Source: Fibrobacter sp.
GTDB lineage: Bacteria; Fibrobacterota; Fibrobacteria; Fibrobacterales; Fibrobacteraceae
Assembly: GCA_017412605.1 (NCBI GenBank)
Contig: JAFPWY010000007.1
Span: 180,239-244,238 of the forward strand
Length of the DNA: 64,000 nucleotides
Direction: 5' to 3'
Position numbers and translations under genes: made by a program. Under the pieces are notes generated by a model. It was given only the letters and a program-made list of their open reading frames with translations, searched no databases and was not told where the DNA came from. Shown one piece after another: positions 26,332 through 35,891 of this stretch. Within the stretch, counting starts at the first letter, position 1. Every line of letters begins with the position of its first letter.

Positions 26332-27104
26332 TCGACGCCGAAATTTGGCAATATGCGCAGTACCCGGCGTTTTTTGTCCTCGGGTTGGTTGTCAGCCTCA
26401 TCAACAGCATTGCAGGCGGCGGCTCCACGCTGAGCTTGCCCATCATGATATTCCTCGGCATGCCCGCAACCGTCGCGAATGGCACGAACCGCATCGGGCT
26501 CATCATCGGGAATTTCAGCAGCGTCTTCAACCTGATGAAGCACGGCTACCTGAACAAGAAGATATTCCTGCAACTCCTCCTGCCCACCATCGCCGGGACC
26601 GCCATCGGTGCGGTTTTCCTCGTGCACATCGGCGACCGCGCATTCCAGGCCATACTCGCCTGCGTCATCTGCCTCGTCGTGGTGATGAGCAACCTGCGCA
26701 AGGACATTCTCGGTAAGCCGCCCACAACGCCACCAGAAAAACTCACATGGAAAGGCGCCATCGGCTTTGCGTTGATTTCCATTTACGGGTGCATCGTGCA
26801 GGTCGGCGTGGGTTTTGTACAAATTTTCGGACTCACGCGTTACACCGGGCTTGATCCCATCCGCGTGAATGCGCTCAAGAATGCGCTCACCAACGTGTTC
26901 CTACTTATCAGCACGACCGTCCTCGGCATTGCAGGCAAAATCGACTGGCCCATCGCCATTGTGATGGCGGCGGGCGCCTGGCTGGGCGGCTACTGCGGAA
27001 GTTTCTTGCAGCGCAAAAAAGGCAACAAGTTCATACAGCACTTTATCAGTGCGACAAGCATCGCGATGGCCATATACCTGGTCGTCGACCTCATTGTTAG
27101 CTAG
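26328..27104 (+). CDS. TauE/SafE (TSUP) family transporter
   Basis: INSIAGGGSTL, ANGTNR, about 8 TM helices. Confidence 0.85.
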   Translation: MIDAEIWQYAQYPAFFVLGLVVSLINSIAGGGSTLSLPIMIFLGMPATVANGTNRIGLIIGNFSSVFNLMKHGYLNKKIFLQLLLPTIAGTAIGAVFLVHIGDRAFQAILACVICLVVVMSNLRKDILGKPPTTPPEKLTWKGAIGFALISIYGCIVQVGVGFVQIFGLTRYTGLDPIRVNALKNALTNVFLLISTTVLGIAGKIDWPIAIVMAAGAWLGGYCGSFLQRKKGNKFIQHFISATSIAMAIYLVVDLIVS

Positions 27105-27113
27105 GTTCTTCAG

Positions 27114-27461
27114 CTAGGCTTCTTGGCTTGGCTTTTCGCGTTTTTCCCTGCGTTCGCGGACCTTTTTCTGTTCCAGCGTCTCGCCCAGGCCAGCAAGCAG
27201 CCTGTCAGCAAGTTCCGCATCTCCCGAGGCCAGCAATTCCTTCTGTTGACGGGATAGCATCTTGATTCGCGCTTCGAGGCGCAGCGCCTCCTCGTGACTG
27301 TCCAATTCAAATTGACGCAGGATGCACACGGGCGGAAAAGCCTTCGTGAACTTGGCTCCCTTTCCGGCCTTATGTTGTTCAAAGCGCGCTTCTACATCCG
27401 TCGCGTAGCCCGTATATATACGGTCGCCCGAGCAACGGAGCATGTAGACAAAATGAGCCAT
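27114..27461 (-). CDS. GIY-YIG nuclease family protein
   Basis: FVYMLRC..IYTGY..ARFEQH..GKGAKFT..EALRLEARIK. Confidence 0.9.
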   Translation of the reverse strand: MAHFVYMLRCSGDRIYTGYATDVEARFEQHKAGKGAKFTKAFPPVCILRQFELDSHEEALRLEARIKMLSRQQKELLASGDAELADRLLAGLGETLEQKKVRERREKREKPSQEA

Positions 27462-27512
27462 GAGGTATGAGGTCGGCTCTTCGAGCCTTTGAGGTATGAG
27501 TTAGACGAAAGA
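27461..27512. repeat. heptamer/hairpin repeat element (second copy)
   Basis: 34/40 nt identical to 24955-24994, hairpin GGCTC-TTC-GAGCC, followed by TTAGACGAAAGA. Confidence 0.8.
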
Positions 27513-27517
27513 GGGAA

Positions 27518-28867
27518 TTATTCGCTCTTCGTTTCCCCCGTTTTGGACACGATGCTCATGTAGATGGTGCCGAGGATCGCTGCGCAGAAGCTGCCCAGCA
27601 AGATGCCAAGCTTCGCGGAATCCTGACGGCCGCCCACATCGAATGCAAGGCTAGCCACAAACAGCGCCATGGTAAAGCCGATACCGGCAAGCATGCCGCC
27701 ACCCCACAGCACCTTCCAGCTGTAGCTGGGCTTCTTCGAGAGGCCAATCTTCACGGAAAGCAGGCTGAACAGGAATATGCCAATCGGCTTACCGAAAATC
27801 AGCGCAAGGGCAACGGCGCTCATCACGGGCAACTCGAAACCCTGGAGCTTGATCTCGACACCGGCATTGGCCAGGGCGAACAGCGGCATGATGGCGAAAT
27901 TCACCCAGGGCACAAGAGGCTTGAACAGGCGTTCCTGCATGGAAATACTTTCGCTCGCGCCACGCTTGAGCATGGTAAAGACTTCGTACTGTTCGTTGCG
28001 GTCCTTGGCTTCGCCCGAAAGGACACCGCCCACGCTGCTTGCGAAGTGAGCCATCTTGCCATTAGCGACGACTGCCTTCGCCGGGACAGAGAGACCGAGC
28101 AGCACACCCGCAATGGTCGGGTGCACGCCGCTCTTGACGAAGAACGCCCAGACAGCGACACCGATAACGCCATGCAGCAACAAGTTGCGCACGCCGATGC
28201 GGAAGAGCACGTTGATGAGGACCAGCAAAGCAAATCCAGCACCGAGAGCCGCGAAGTTGATGCCGTCACCGCTCGGGTAGCCAATCGCAATCACGAGGAT
28301 GGCACCGATATCGTCGGCAATGGCAAGCGTCAAGATCATCACGCGGAGCGCATGCGGCACCTTCTTGCCAAGGATAGCCATGCAGCCCACGACAAAGGCA
28401 ATATCGGTTGCCGTCGGGATACCCCAACCGTTCGTGGCGGTGTTTTCGCCATGCGGGCAAAGGGTCAGGTAAATGAGTGCCGGGAAAAGCATACCGCCCG
28501 CAGCGGCAATAATGGGCAGGCTCGCCGCCTTCGGGTCGTGCAACTCGCCGTAAGTCATCTCGCCCTTGACTTCAAGGCCGATGTTGAAGAAGAATATCGT
28601 CATCAGGGCATCGTTGATAAGCCAATGCAAATCACCGTTGCCAATCCAGTCGCCAATCTTCAGCGCAAAGGGCATGTGCCAAAAATGCTCGTAAGATGAG
28701 GGACTCAGGTTCGCCCAGAGCAATGCGGCGATCGTCATGACAATCAACACAATGCCGCCCGTCGTCTCCACCTTCATCAGGCGTTCGATCGGGGTTATGA
28801 TTTTACGGACCGGGGTTTCCGGAAAAAGATTTTCGATTTTATCGCTGCTAGTAACTTTTGCTGACAT
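27518..28867 (-). CDS. nhaA: Na+/H+ antiporter NhaA
   Basis: WLINDALM, GLEVKGE, GWGIPTATDIAF, LAIADD, LAGIGFTMALF. Confidence 0.95.
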   Translation of the reverse strand: MSAKVTSSDKIENLFPETPVRKIITPIERLMKVETTGGIVLIVMTIAALLWANLSPSSYEHFWHMPFALKIGDWIGNGDLHWLINDALMTIFFFNIGLEVKGEMTYGELHDPKAASLPIIAAAGGMLFPALIYLTLCPHGENTATNGWGIPTATDIAFVVGCMAILGKKVPHALRVMILTLAIADDIGAILVIAIGYPSGDGINFAALGAGFALLVLINVLFRIGVRNLLLHGVIGVAVWAFFVKSGVHPTIAGVLLGLSVPAKAVVANGKMAHFASSVGGVLSGEAKDRNEQYEVFTMLKRGASESISMQERLFKPLVPWVNFAIMPLFALANAGVEIKLQGFELPVMSAVALALIFGKPIGIFLFSLLSVKIGLSKKPSYSWKVLWGGGMLAGIGFTMALFVASLAFDVGGRQDSAKLGILLGSFCAAILGTIYMSIVSKTGETKSE

Positions 28868-28935
28868 ACGCTATTCAATATACATTACTTTTGTTTGGAA
28901 ACCGCAAAAAAAACGAACGAAAGCGATAAATATCG

Positions 28936-31026
28936 TTATTTGGGCGACCGGGTGCCAATGAATTCCGATAGCACCTTGCAGAGAACGTCCACACCCACGG
29001 GCTTGGCCAGGTGAGCGTTCATGCCGACCGCCAGCGAAGCCTTGCGGTCCTCGTCAAAAGCGTTCGCCGTCATCGCGATAATGGGGATGTTGGCCAGGAC
29101 CTTGTTAGGCAGGGCGCGTATACGCCGGGTCGCCTCGTAGCCGTCCATCACGGGCATCTGGATATCCATCAGCACGAGGTCGAAATCGCCCGGCTTGGAC
29201 GCAGCAATCGCCTCGACCGCCTTGAAGCCGTTATCCGCCGTTTCCACAAGTACGCCGTTGTCACTGAGCATGTCCATGGCAATTTCGCGGTTCATCTCGT
29301 TGTCGTCGACAAGGAGCACCTTCCTGCCGGTCAGCACAACAGATTCTTCGTGCACTTCTTCTGCATCCGAGGGCTTCGGGAAGTCCGCCTCGGTACACTT
29401 TTCAACCGGCAGGCTGAACGAGACCAGCGTTCCCTTCCCCTTTTCGCTGTTGATATTGATAGCACCGCCCATCTTTTCGACCAGTTCGTGGCACACGGCA
29501 AGTCCGAGACCGGTTCCCTCTATGCCGCTGACCGTAGAACTATGCTCACGGCTGAATCGCTCGAACGCATGCTCGATAAAGTCCGCATCCATGCCTATGC
29601 CATTGTCTCGGATGGACCACTTGTACAGAACGCGGCCATCGGGCAGATTGCCCACTTGATCCAGCCTGTACCAGATATTCCCTCCAGCAGGCGTGTACTT
29701 GATGGCGTTTGAAAGGATATTGAACACGACCTTGTTCACACGTGCGACATCCATGCGCACCAGGTAATCGCGGACATTGACTTCCTCCGCATAATTCAGG
29801 AACTTCTTTTCGATTAGCGGCCGTACGACATCTTCCAGCTGGGTAATGCCCGCCCTCACGTCACAAGGCACCGGTTCGATATCAATCTTTCCCGACTCAA
29901 TCCTGGAAAGTTCCAGGACCTCGTTGATGATGTTGAGGAGCACCGTCCCGGAATTCTTCAGCTTGGCCACAGCTTCGCGGACCTTTTCGGCATCGTCACT
30001 ACACTTTTCTATCTTGTCTGCAAAACCAAGTACGGCATTCATGGGCGTGCGGATGTCGTGGCTCATGTTGAACAGGAACGTAGACTTCGACTTACTCGCC
30101 GACTGTGCCGCATCGCGGGCTGCCTGGAGAGCCTTGTTCTGCATCTCGAGTTCGGCCTTGCGCTGCTGCTCTTCCGTAATCTCGCTCGTGATGTCCCTGA
30201 TACCGATAAGCACGTTGTTCGCGCTCGATGCCGTCGCATGCAGAACAAACTTCATGCCGAGCCAGCTCGGGTTGGCCAAGCTTCCATAGCGGACAGAGAC
30301 ATTGCAGGGTTTTCCGCTTCGGATAGCAGGGATCAGCTTGTCCTGCTGGACCTGGCGCAAAAATTCTTCCCTGTCGCCGGGAAGCACAATCCTTCCCGCA
30401 TAAAGCTTCATCAAGGCGTCAAAGCTGCCCGCCCCACGCCACTCGTCCTGCGCGGCCCCTATGAGGCGGCCAGCGCGGAAAATCGACCCCACATTCGAGT
30501 CGAAATCGTACTGGACAATCGAGTCGTAGTCTTCCGCTATAGCACTGATGATATGCTGCAAGCCTTGAGTCTTGCGTTCAGCCTGGGCCTCGTTGTCGAT
30601 ACAACGGAGCGCGGCGATATAGCCGACAAGCTTGCCGACGGAATTCCTGTCGGCGATAAACTTTATCTGGTAATAGTGGGTTTTCCCGAGCACCTTCGCC
30701 TGGAAGTTCACGAAGTACATCGGACTCTTCCGGAGGTTTTCCAAGATGACCTCACGCTTGGTCCTGAAGGCAAAGGCTTCCCGTTCCGGACCGGCGACAA
30801 TGGTATTCTTGACCAGGTCGAACCTTTCGTATATGCCCATCTCCCTGAGCCAGCCCGGGATACATTCCCCGAGCCTTGGACTGATGCGGTACCGGATGGA
30901 CGGTTCCCTGAGGACGTTCCCCACCACGACGTAGTTGATGCATTCATACTCAGAGGCCAGGGCCTCCATGACCCTGTCCTTCTTAGCGTTCTTCGTAAGA
31001 ACGTCACGTGCGCCGGGAGTTTCCAT
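28936..31026 (-). CDS. hybrid sensor histidine kinase/response regulator
   Basis: SHDIRTPMN (H box), NILSNAIKYT, DNGIGM, GTGLGL, receiver domain LLVDDN..MDIQMPVMDG. Confidence 0.95.
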   Translation of the reverse strand: METPGARDVLTKNAKKDRVMEALASEYECINYVVVGNVLREPSIRYRISPRLGECIPGWLREMGIYERFDLVKNTIVAGPEREAFAFRTKREVILENLRKSPMYFVNFQAKVLGKTHYYQIKFIADRNSVGKLVGYIAALRCIDNEAQAERKTQGLQHIISAIAEDYDSIVQYDFDSNVGSIFRAGRLIGAAQDEWRGAGSFDALMKLYAGRIVLPGDREEFLRQVQQDKLIPAIRSGKPCNVSVRYGSLANPSWLGMKFVLHATASSANNVLIGIRDITSEITEEQQRKAELEMQNKALQAARDAAQSASKSKSTFLFNMSHDIRTPMNAVLGFADKIEKCSDDAEKVREAVAKLKNSGTVLLNIINEVLELSRIESGKIDIEPVPCDVRAGITQLEDVVRPLIEKKFLNYAEEVNVRDYLVRMDVARVNKVVFNILSNAIKYTPAGGNIWYRLDQVGNLPDGRVLYKWSIRDNGIGMDADFIEHAFERFSREHSSTVSGIEGTGLGLAVCHELVEKMGGAININSEKGKGTLVSFSLPVEKCTEADFPKPSDAEEVHEESVVLTGRKVLLVDDNEMNREIAMDMLSDNGVLVETADNGFKAVEAIAASKPGDFDLVLMDIQMPVMDGYEATRRIRALPNKVLANIPIIAMTANAFDEDRKASLAVGMNAHLAKPVGVDVLCKVLSEFIGTRSPK

Positions 31027-31077
31027 CCTCTGACCTCGTTTCCGAACGAACCATCAAACTTATGTTGTATAAGATAC

Positions 31078-31102
31078 AAAAAAAGCTCCCCCGAAGGAGA
31101 GC
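31078..31102 (-). terminator. rho-independent terminator
   Basis: Minus strand GCTCTCC-TTCG-GGGGAGC-TTTTTTT (UUCG tetraloop). Confidence 0.85.
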
Positions 31103-31134
31103 CTTTTGAAAGACTTCGAGCAATCGCCCAGAAA

Positions 31135-31893
31135 TTATTGAGCCATTTCCGTGAAAGCGGCAATCATAGCCTTGTAGTCTTCACAAGACATTTCTGCACC
31201 TTCGTAGAAGTACATGGTAACACCGGTTTCGCCAATATCGCAAGGTTCACCACCGGCCGGGCATGCATCCAGAAGGGTTTCACCTTCTTCGGTAGAGCAT
31301 CCGGACGCCATAGCAGCAGGACCTTCCGTGCACATCTTGCCCACCTGGCATGCGACCTTGTCGCCAGCAGGGGCAGCCGGGGTCGTCTCGGCCGGAGTTT
31401 CGGCCGGGGTTTCAGCCGGAGTTTCTGCCGGGGCGGCAGCCGCAGTGTCAGCCGGGGTTTCTGCCGGAGCCGTTTCAGCCGGAGCCGGAGTTGTCTCGGC
31501 CGGAGTTTCTGCCGGAGTGGTTTCGGCAGGGGCGGTTTCGGTCGGAGTGGTTACACCCGTATCTTCAGCAGGCGTCGTGCTTCCTTCGCCGTTGGCGGCA
31601 GAATCAGCAGCCGGAGCGGCATTTTCGCAGCCAGCAACCGGAGTATCCTTGCCCTGGAGCATCATATTCCACTGGGTTCCATTGCACTGGTAGTTGTCAT
31701 TGTGTTCTTCTACAAGCACAATGGCGCAAAGGTTCTGCGTAGCAGAGCACGGGATGTTGCCGATATCCATGAAGGTTTCGACGCTGGCCGGAGCGACATC
31801 GCTGCCAGCGCTAGAAGAGCTATCGTCGCCACAAGCAACAAAAGATGCCATTGCAGCAGTAGCTAAAGGGAAAAGAACTTTTTTTGAAAACAT
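31135..31893 (-). CDS. lipoprotein with a PAET-rich linker between two Cys-rich domains
   Basis: ASFVAC lipobox; repeated TPAET/APAET units. Confidence 0.85.
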   Translation of the reverse strand: MFSKKVLFPLATAAMASFVACGDDSSSSAGSDVAPASVETFMDIGNIPCSATQNLCAIVLVEEHNDNYQCNGTQWNMMLQGKDTPVAGCENAAPAADSAANGEGSTTPAEDTGVTTPTETAPAETTPAETPAETTPAPAETAPAETPADTAAAAPAETPAETPAETPAETTPAAPAGDKVACQVGKMCTEGPAAMASGCSTEEGETLLDACPAGGEPCDIGETGVTMYFYEGAEMSCEDYKAMIAAFTEMAQ

Positions 31894-32061
31894 TGTTACT
31901 CCTGTGTTTTTAATGAATTGTCGTCAAAATACATTTTAATTTGAAATGTGGACATATTATGAGAAAAAAAACTTATGCTATCGTTGTATTATAAAACAAC
32001 AAACCCCTAAATAAGCACTCATTTAGGGGCTTAAGCTCTTGTGGACAAATAATTGTGCCAA

Positions 32062-33228
32062 TTAGAAGAACACAGGCGGCCAACGCGGGTTCTTGGAGGA
32101 CATATCGATCTTGTAGAAGTCCTTCTCGAAACGTCCGTCGTCGAGGCCGTACATCTGCATCACGTGGCGGGCAATCCACTTACCGAGCTTCATCACGGTG
32201 AGCTTCTTGCGCAGGCGGCCCTGGCAGTCGCGGTTCATGATGTCCGGGAGGGTGGATGTCGTGAGGATTTCGTCGATAGCGGGGCTGTTGAGCTTTTCGC
32301 GGGCCTCGGGGCTCGTGTGGAAGTGCGTCACGCCGAAGCAAACGCGGTTCGGGTTGCCCTTCTTGATGTGTTCGCAGCACTGCACAATCGTCGTACCCGT
32401 ACGCACCATGTCATCGAACACGATCACGTCCTTGCCCTGGATTTCCTCGATGCTGATGTCGGAGAGTTCCGGGTTGAAGGTCATGCTGATTTCACGTTCG
32501 CCGGTACGGACCTTGTCCATCACCACGCGCTTGCATTCGGGCAGGTCCAAAGCTTCATAGACGGCATTCATGAACGGGCGGGCGCCCTTGTCCGGGGAGA
32601 CGATCACGAGGTTGTTGCCGTCCTTGCCCGTCTGCACAAAGTTGCTGTTCTTGATGTAGTGTGCGTAGACGTCGGTCGGGATGAGGTTGTGGAAGTGACC
32701 TTCGAAAATTTCGTTGAAGAGGTTCTGCACCTTGATGCTGTGGTTGTGCACTGTCACCACGGCGTCCACGCCGGCCTTCTTAAGGAGTTCGGCGTAAAGG
32801 AGGCTCGTGAAGGCCTGGCCGTCGAACTTCTTGAGGTCGATGTCTGGGCGGTCCTTCTCGAGGGGGCCGATGCGGTGCGGGCCGCGGTCCTGGGCGCTGT
32901 AGAACAGGTCGGGTTCAACGAGCACCACCTGCTCGGCACCGTTGTCCTTGGCGGCGCGGGCCAAAATGCAGTTACGCATGGCGTAGTCGTTACGGCTGCG
33001 TTCGTGGTTCGAGACCGAGCAAATCAGGACGATCTTGCCTTCGAGACGGCGGCCGATATGTTCCATATCGTCCACGTCCAGCCCGTAGCGGGGGCAGAAT
33101 TCGGAGTTAGCGAAGGTCTTCAGGGAGACCACGTCGGAGATGTCTTCACGGAGGCCGATGTACTGGGCCATGTCGATGGCGAACGGGTCATCGGTGAAGT
33201 TGCCGGTCACGATAAAACGATCTGACAT
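32062..33228 (-). CDS. prs: ribose-phosphate pyrophosphokinase (divergent)
   Basis: FANSE, YSAQDR, VSPDKGA, VIVFDDMVRTGTT (PRPP-binding loop). Confidence 0.85.
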   Translation of the reverse strand: MSDRFIVTGNFTDDPFAIDMAQYIGLREDISDVVSLKTFANSEFCPRYGLDVDDMEHIGRRLEGKIVLICSVSNHERSRNDYAMRNCILARAAKDNGAEQVVLVEPDLFYSAQDRGPHRIGPLEKDRPDIDLKKFDGQAFTSLLYAELLKKAGVDAVVTVHNHSIKVQNLFNEIFEGHFHNLIPTDVYAHYIKNSNFVQTGKDGNNLVIVSPDKGARPFMNAVYEALDLPECKRVVMDKVRTGEREISMTFNPELSDISIEEIQGKDVIVFDDMVRTGTTIVQCCEHIKKGNPNRVCFGVTHFHTSPEAREKLNSPAIDEILTTSTLPDIMNRDCQGRLRKKLTVMKLGKWIARHVMQMYGLDDGRFEKDFYKIDMSSKNPRWPPVFF

Positions 33229-33306
33229 TTTTGTGCCTTGAAATTGAGGGTTGAACCTTTAGGTTTGGCTCAAATATAGATACTTGCAGGGCAAATTTCA
33301 ACGGCC

Positions 33307-33335
33307 AAAAAAACGACGGGCCAAGGACCCGCCGT
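33307..33335 (-). terminator. rho-independent terminator after lysA
   Basis: Minus strand ACGGCGGG-TCCTTGG-CCCGTCGT-TTTTTT. Confidence 0.75.
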
Positions 33336-33400
33336 AAATAATAAACAGAAAAGGCAATCGCCGTAATGCTAAGCTTATTGTTATTGATTTAGAAACGAGT

Positions 33401-34663
33401 TTATAAATCAATAACCCTGTCATTTTGTAGAAGCTGCTCAAAAGTCTGCCTTTCGCGAATGACCTTGAGTTCGCCGTTCGTGTACATGGTTTCGGCGGCG
33501 TACCGGCGGCTGTTGTAGTTGCTGCTCATGGCCGCACCGTAGGCGCCGGCATCATGGAGAATCAGCAAGTCGCCGACCTTGGCCTTCGGGAGCTTGCGGG
33601 TCACGACGAATCCGCCTTCTTCCTGAGTGAACACGTCACCGGATTCGCAGAGCGGGCCAGCCACGACGGCGTCGACCATCTCGTTCATCTCGCGACCGTC
33701 GCGGGCGATGATGGAAATGCCGTGATAACTGCCGTAGAAACTCGGGCGGACGAGGTCAGTAAAGCCAGCGTCGAGCAGGTAGAACAAATTATCTCCCTGC
33801 TTCTTGACGGCGCGGATTTCTGCCATCAGGTAACCGCTCTCGGCCACCAGGTAACGGCCGGGTTCGACTTCCAGGTGAACCTCGTGGCCGATGCTCTGCT
33901 GGATGTTCTTGCGGGCCTTGTCCCACAGGTCGTAGTAGGCCTGCATGTCGATGCGGTTGCCCTTGTCTTCTTCGTGGTACGGAATCGGGAGGCCGCCCCC
34001 TGCACTGATGGTGCGGAGGTGAGAGCCCAGGCGGCGGCTGGCGTCCACCATGGCGTCGCAAACCTGCGAGAGGTGTTCGAAGTCGGAGCCGGAACCGATG
34101 TGCATGTGGAGTCCTGTAATCCACATCCCGTTTGCCTGCGCGAGCTTGACGCAGTCCTTAATCTGTTCGTGCCACACGCCATGCTTGCTGAGCGGACCGC
34201 CGGTATTCACCTTGCTCGAATGCCCGTGGCCAAAGCCCGGGTTCACGCGGATGGTGAGTTCCGACTTCACGCCGAAATCGGCGAGCTGCTGGATCATGTC
34301 GGGAGAACCGACGTTCACGGCGATGTTGTGTTCCTTCACAAGTTCGAGAGCGTCCTTGTCGAAGATGTCCGCGGTGTAGACGATTTCGGGAGCCTTGTCC
34401 TTCTGGACTCCGCCCTTGAAGCCCGCCTTGAGAGCGCGCACGATTTCGCCAGCAGAGACGGCATCGACAACGCAGCCGAGCTTACGGATGAGCGAAACCA
34501 CGGAAAGGTTCGGGCATGCCTTCTGGGCAAAACGCACGGTGTCAAAAACCTGGACATCCTTCACGCACTTTTCAATAGTGGCGCGGTCATAAATCCAGAG
34601 GGGGGTGCCGTACTGCTCGGCAGCCTTCACAAAAACATCTTGGGGAATAGAATAGTTTGCCAT
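33401..34663 (-). CDS. lysA: diaminopimelate decarboxylase
   Basis: GTPLWIYD, FAQKA (PLP lysine), HMHIGS, EPGRYLVAE, GPLCESGD, GAYG. Start at ATG 34663. Confidence 0.95.
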   Translation of the reverse strand: MANYSIPQDVFVKAAEQYGTPLWIYDRATIEKCVKDVQVFDTVRFAQKACPNLSVVSLIRKLGCVVDAVSAGEIVRALKAGFKGGVQKDKAPEIVYTADIFDKDALELVKEHNIAVNVGSPDMIQQLADFGVKSELTIRVNPGFGHGHSSKVNTGGPLSKHGVWHEQIKDCVKLAQANGMWITGLHMHIGSGSDFEHLSQVCDAMVDASRRLGSHLRTISAGGGLPIPYHEEDKGNRIDMQAYYDLWDKARKNIQQSIGHEVHLEVEPGRYLVAESGYLMAEIRAVKKQGDNLFYLLDAGFTDLVRPSFYGSYHGISIIARDGREMNEMVDAVVAGPLCESGDVFTQEEGGFVVTRKLPKAKVGDLLILHDAGAYGAAMSSNYNSRRYAAETMYTNGELKVIRERQTFEQLLQNDRVIDL

Positions 34664-34680
34664 GGGGACAAATTTAGAAA

Positions 34681-34830
34681 AAGTGTAGTGTGTAATGTGG
34701 AATGTTAGTTGAGGGAATGATTGTCTAAAGCCGCAGCCCTCGGGCTGGCTCCGCTGCAAGCTTTACACAAAATGAAAAATGCCGAGCGATTTGCCCAGCA
34801 CATTCCCGGGCGATTGGCCCAGCGCATTCC
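34681..34830. repeat. intergenic repeat cluster upstream of lysA
   Basis: Degenerate heptamers (TGTGTAA/TGTGGAA), hairpin CAGCCC-TC-GGGCTG, and a 21-bp imperfect direct repeat at 34786-34806/34810-34830. Confidence 0.55.
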
Positions 34831-34839
34831 TCATAAGTT

Positions 34840-35358
34840 CTACAGGCTCATCGCCAGTCTTGCACCCACCACCTTGTTGAAGGGATCGACGAGCGGAACA
34901 AAATCCACCTTGACCTGCTGCGGCTTTGTGCGGTACCGCCCCGCCGTATTGCGATACTCCTCCGCCTTCCTGATTCTCATGTCGCTGCTGGCGCCGAGCC
35001 CGATACCTTCAAAAATTGCCAGCACACCGCCAACCAAGATGCAGGCACTCGGAATCAGGATAACGATCGCGCCGCCACCACCCTCCAACGAGGCGCCTGC
35101 TCCAGCACACCATATAGTGCCGGCACCACCCAGCAAGGCCATGACAACTCCAAAACCGATATTCGACTTGGCCTCGCTCATCAGCGAGTCACCTTCAAGC
35201 TGCAGACGTGCCGCCAACGAATCATAATGTATGGCGCTATCAATAACTACGCTATCCGCAGTGGTTACGTTATCCGCAGTGGGGACTGCCGGTTCGCCCG
35301 GAGTAGCAAGGGCCAGCGAACAAAGCGCAAGGAGCAATATGGCGACAAGCTTTTTCAT
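34840..35358 (-). CDS. hypothetical secreted/membrane protein
   Basis: Signal peptide MKKLVAILLLALCSLALA, two Gly-rich hydrophobic segments. Confidence 0.7.
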   Translation of the reverse strand: MKKLVAILLLALCSLALATPGEPAVPTADNVTTADSVVIDSAIHYDSLAARLQLEGDSLMSEAKSNIGFGVVMALLGGAGTIWCAGAGASLEGGGGAIVILIPSACILVGGVLAIFEGIGLGASSDMRIRKAEEYRNTAGRYRTKPQQVKVDFVPLVDPFNKVVGARLAMSL

Positions 35359-35384
35359 ATACCATAATATAGGCTATTTGCAGC

Positions 35385-35412
35385 AAAAAAGGCCCCGGTA
35401 ACCCGGAGCCTT
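35385..35412 (-). terminator. rho-independent terminator
   Basis: Minus strand GGCTCCGG-GTTA-CCGGGGCC-TTTTTT. Confidence 0.8.
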
Positions 35413-35437
35413 CCGATAAACGAGCAAAAAGGCGCGA

Positions 35438-35833
35438 TTAGACGTGCTTGATCTTGTTGTCGCCTGCGTCCCAGTTCTTGCCGTCGCACACGAACTTGTA
35501 TTCGTAGTCGCCAGGAACGAGGGCAATCTTGGTTGTCCAGAGGCCGGACTTCTTGTCCTTCTTGAGCATGTCGACATCGACAGCCCAGTTGTTGAAGGTG
35601 CCAGCGATGGACACGGTGCTTGCAAGCGGGCAATCCGCGATGAACTCCACGGTGACCTTCTTGGGAGCGGCCTTAGCGGCAGCAGCCTTGGTGGCCTTCG
35701 GAGCGGCAGCCTTTGCAGCGGGCTTGGCAGCGGGCTTCTTGGCCGGGGCGGCCTTGGCGGCAGCCTTCGGGGCAGCAGCGGGCTTTGCGGCAGCCTTCTT
35801 TGTTGTTGCTTTAGAAGCAGTTGTTTTCGTCAT
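35438..35833 (-). CDS. histone H1-like K/A/P-rich N-terminus fused to a CBM48/AMPK-type glycogen-binding domain
   Basis: KKAAAKPAAAPKAAAK repeats, then VSIAGTFNNW..GLW..L.PGDYEYKFVCDGKNW. Confidence 0.85.
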   Translation of the reverse strand: MTKTTASKATTKKAAAKPAAAPKAAAKAAPAKKPAAKPAAKAAAPKATKAAAAKAAPKKVTVEFIADCPLASTVSIAGTFNNWAVDVDMLKKDKKSGLWTTKIALVPGDYEYKFVCDGKNWDAGDNKIKHV

Positions 35834-35891
35834 AATTATCTCCTTTCATCTTAGTACAAGTAAAGGTAGCAAAAAAATGTATATTTGCAAC

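Noticed and set aside
34786-34830. Mini-CRISPR array
   Set aside because: Only two imperfect 21-bp copies 3 bp apart; no spacers and no cas genes. No CRISPR array seen anywhere in the window.
34664-34839. Lysine riboswitch upstream of lysA
   Set aside because: The gap is short and filled with repeats; no recognisable L-box conserved core.
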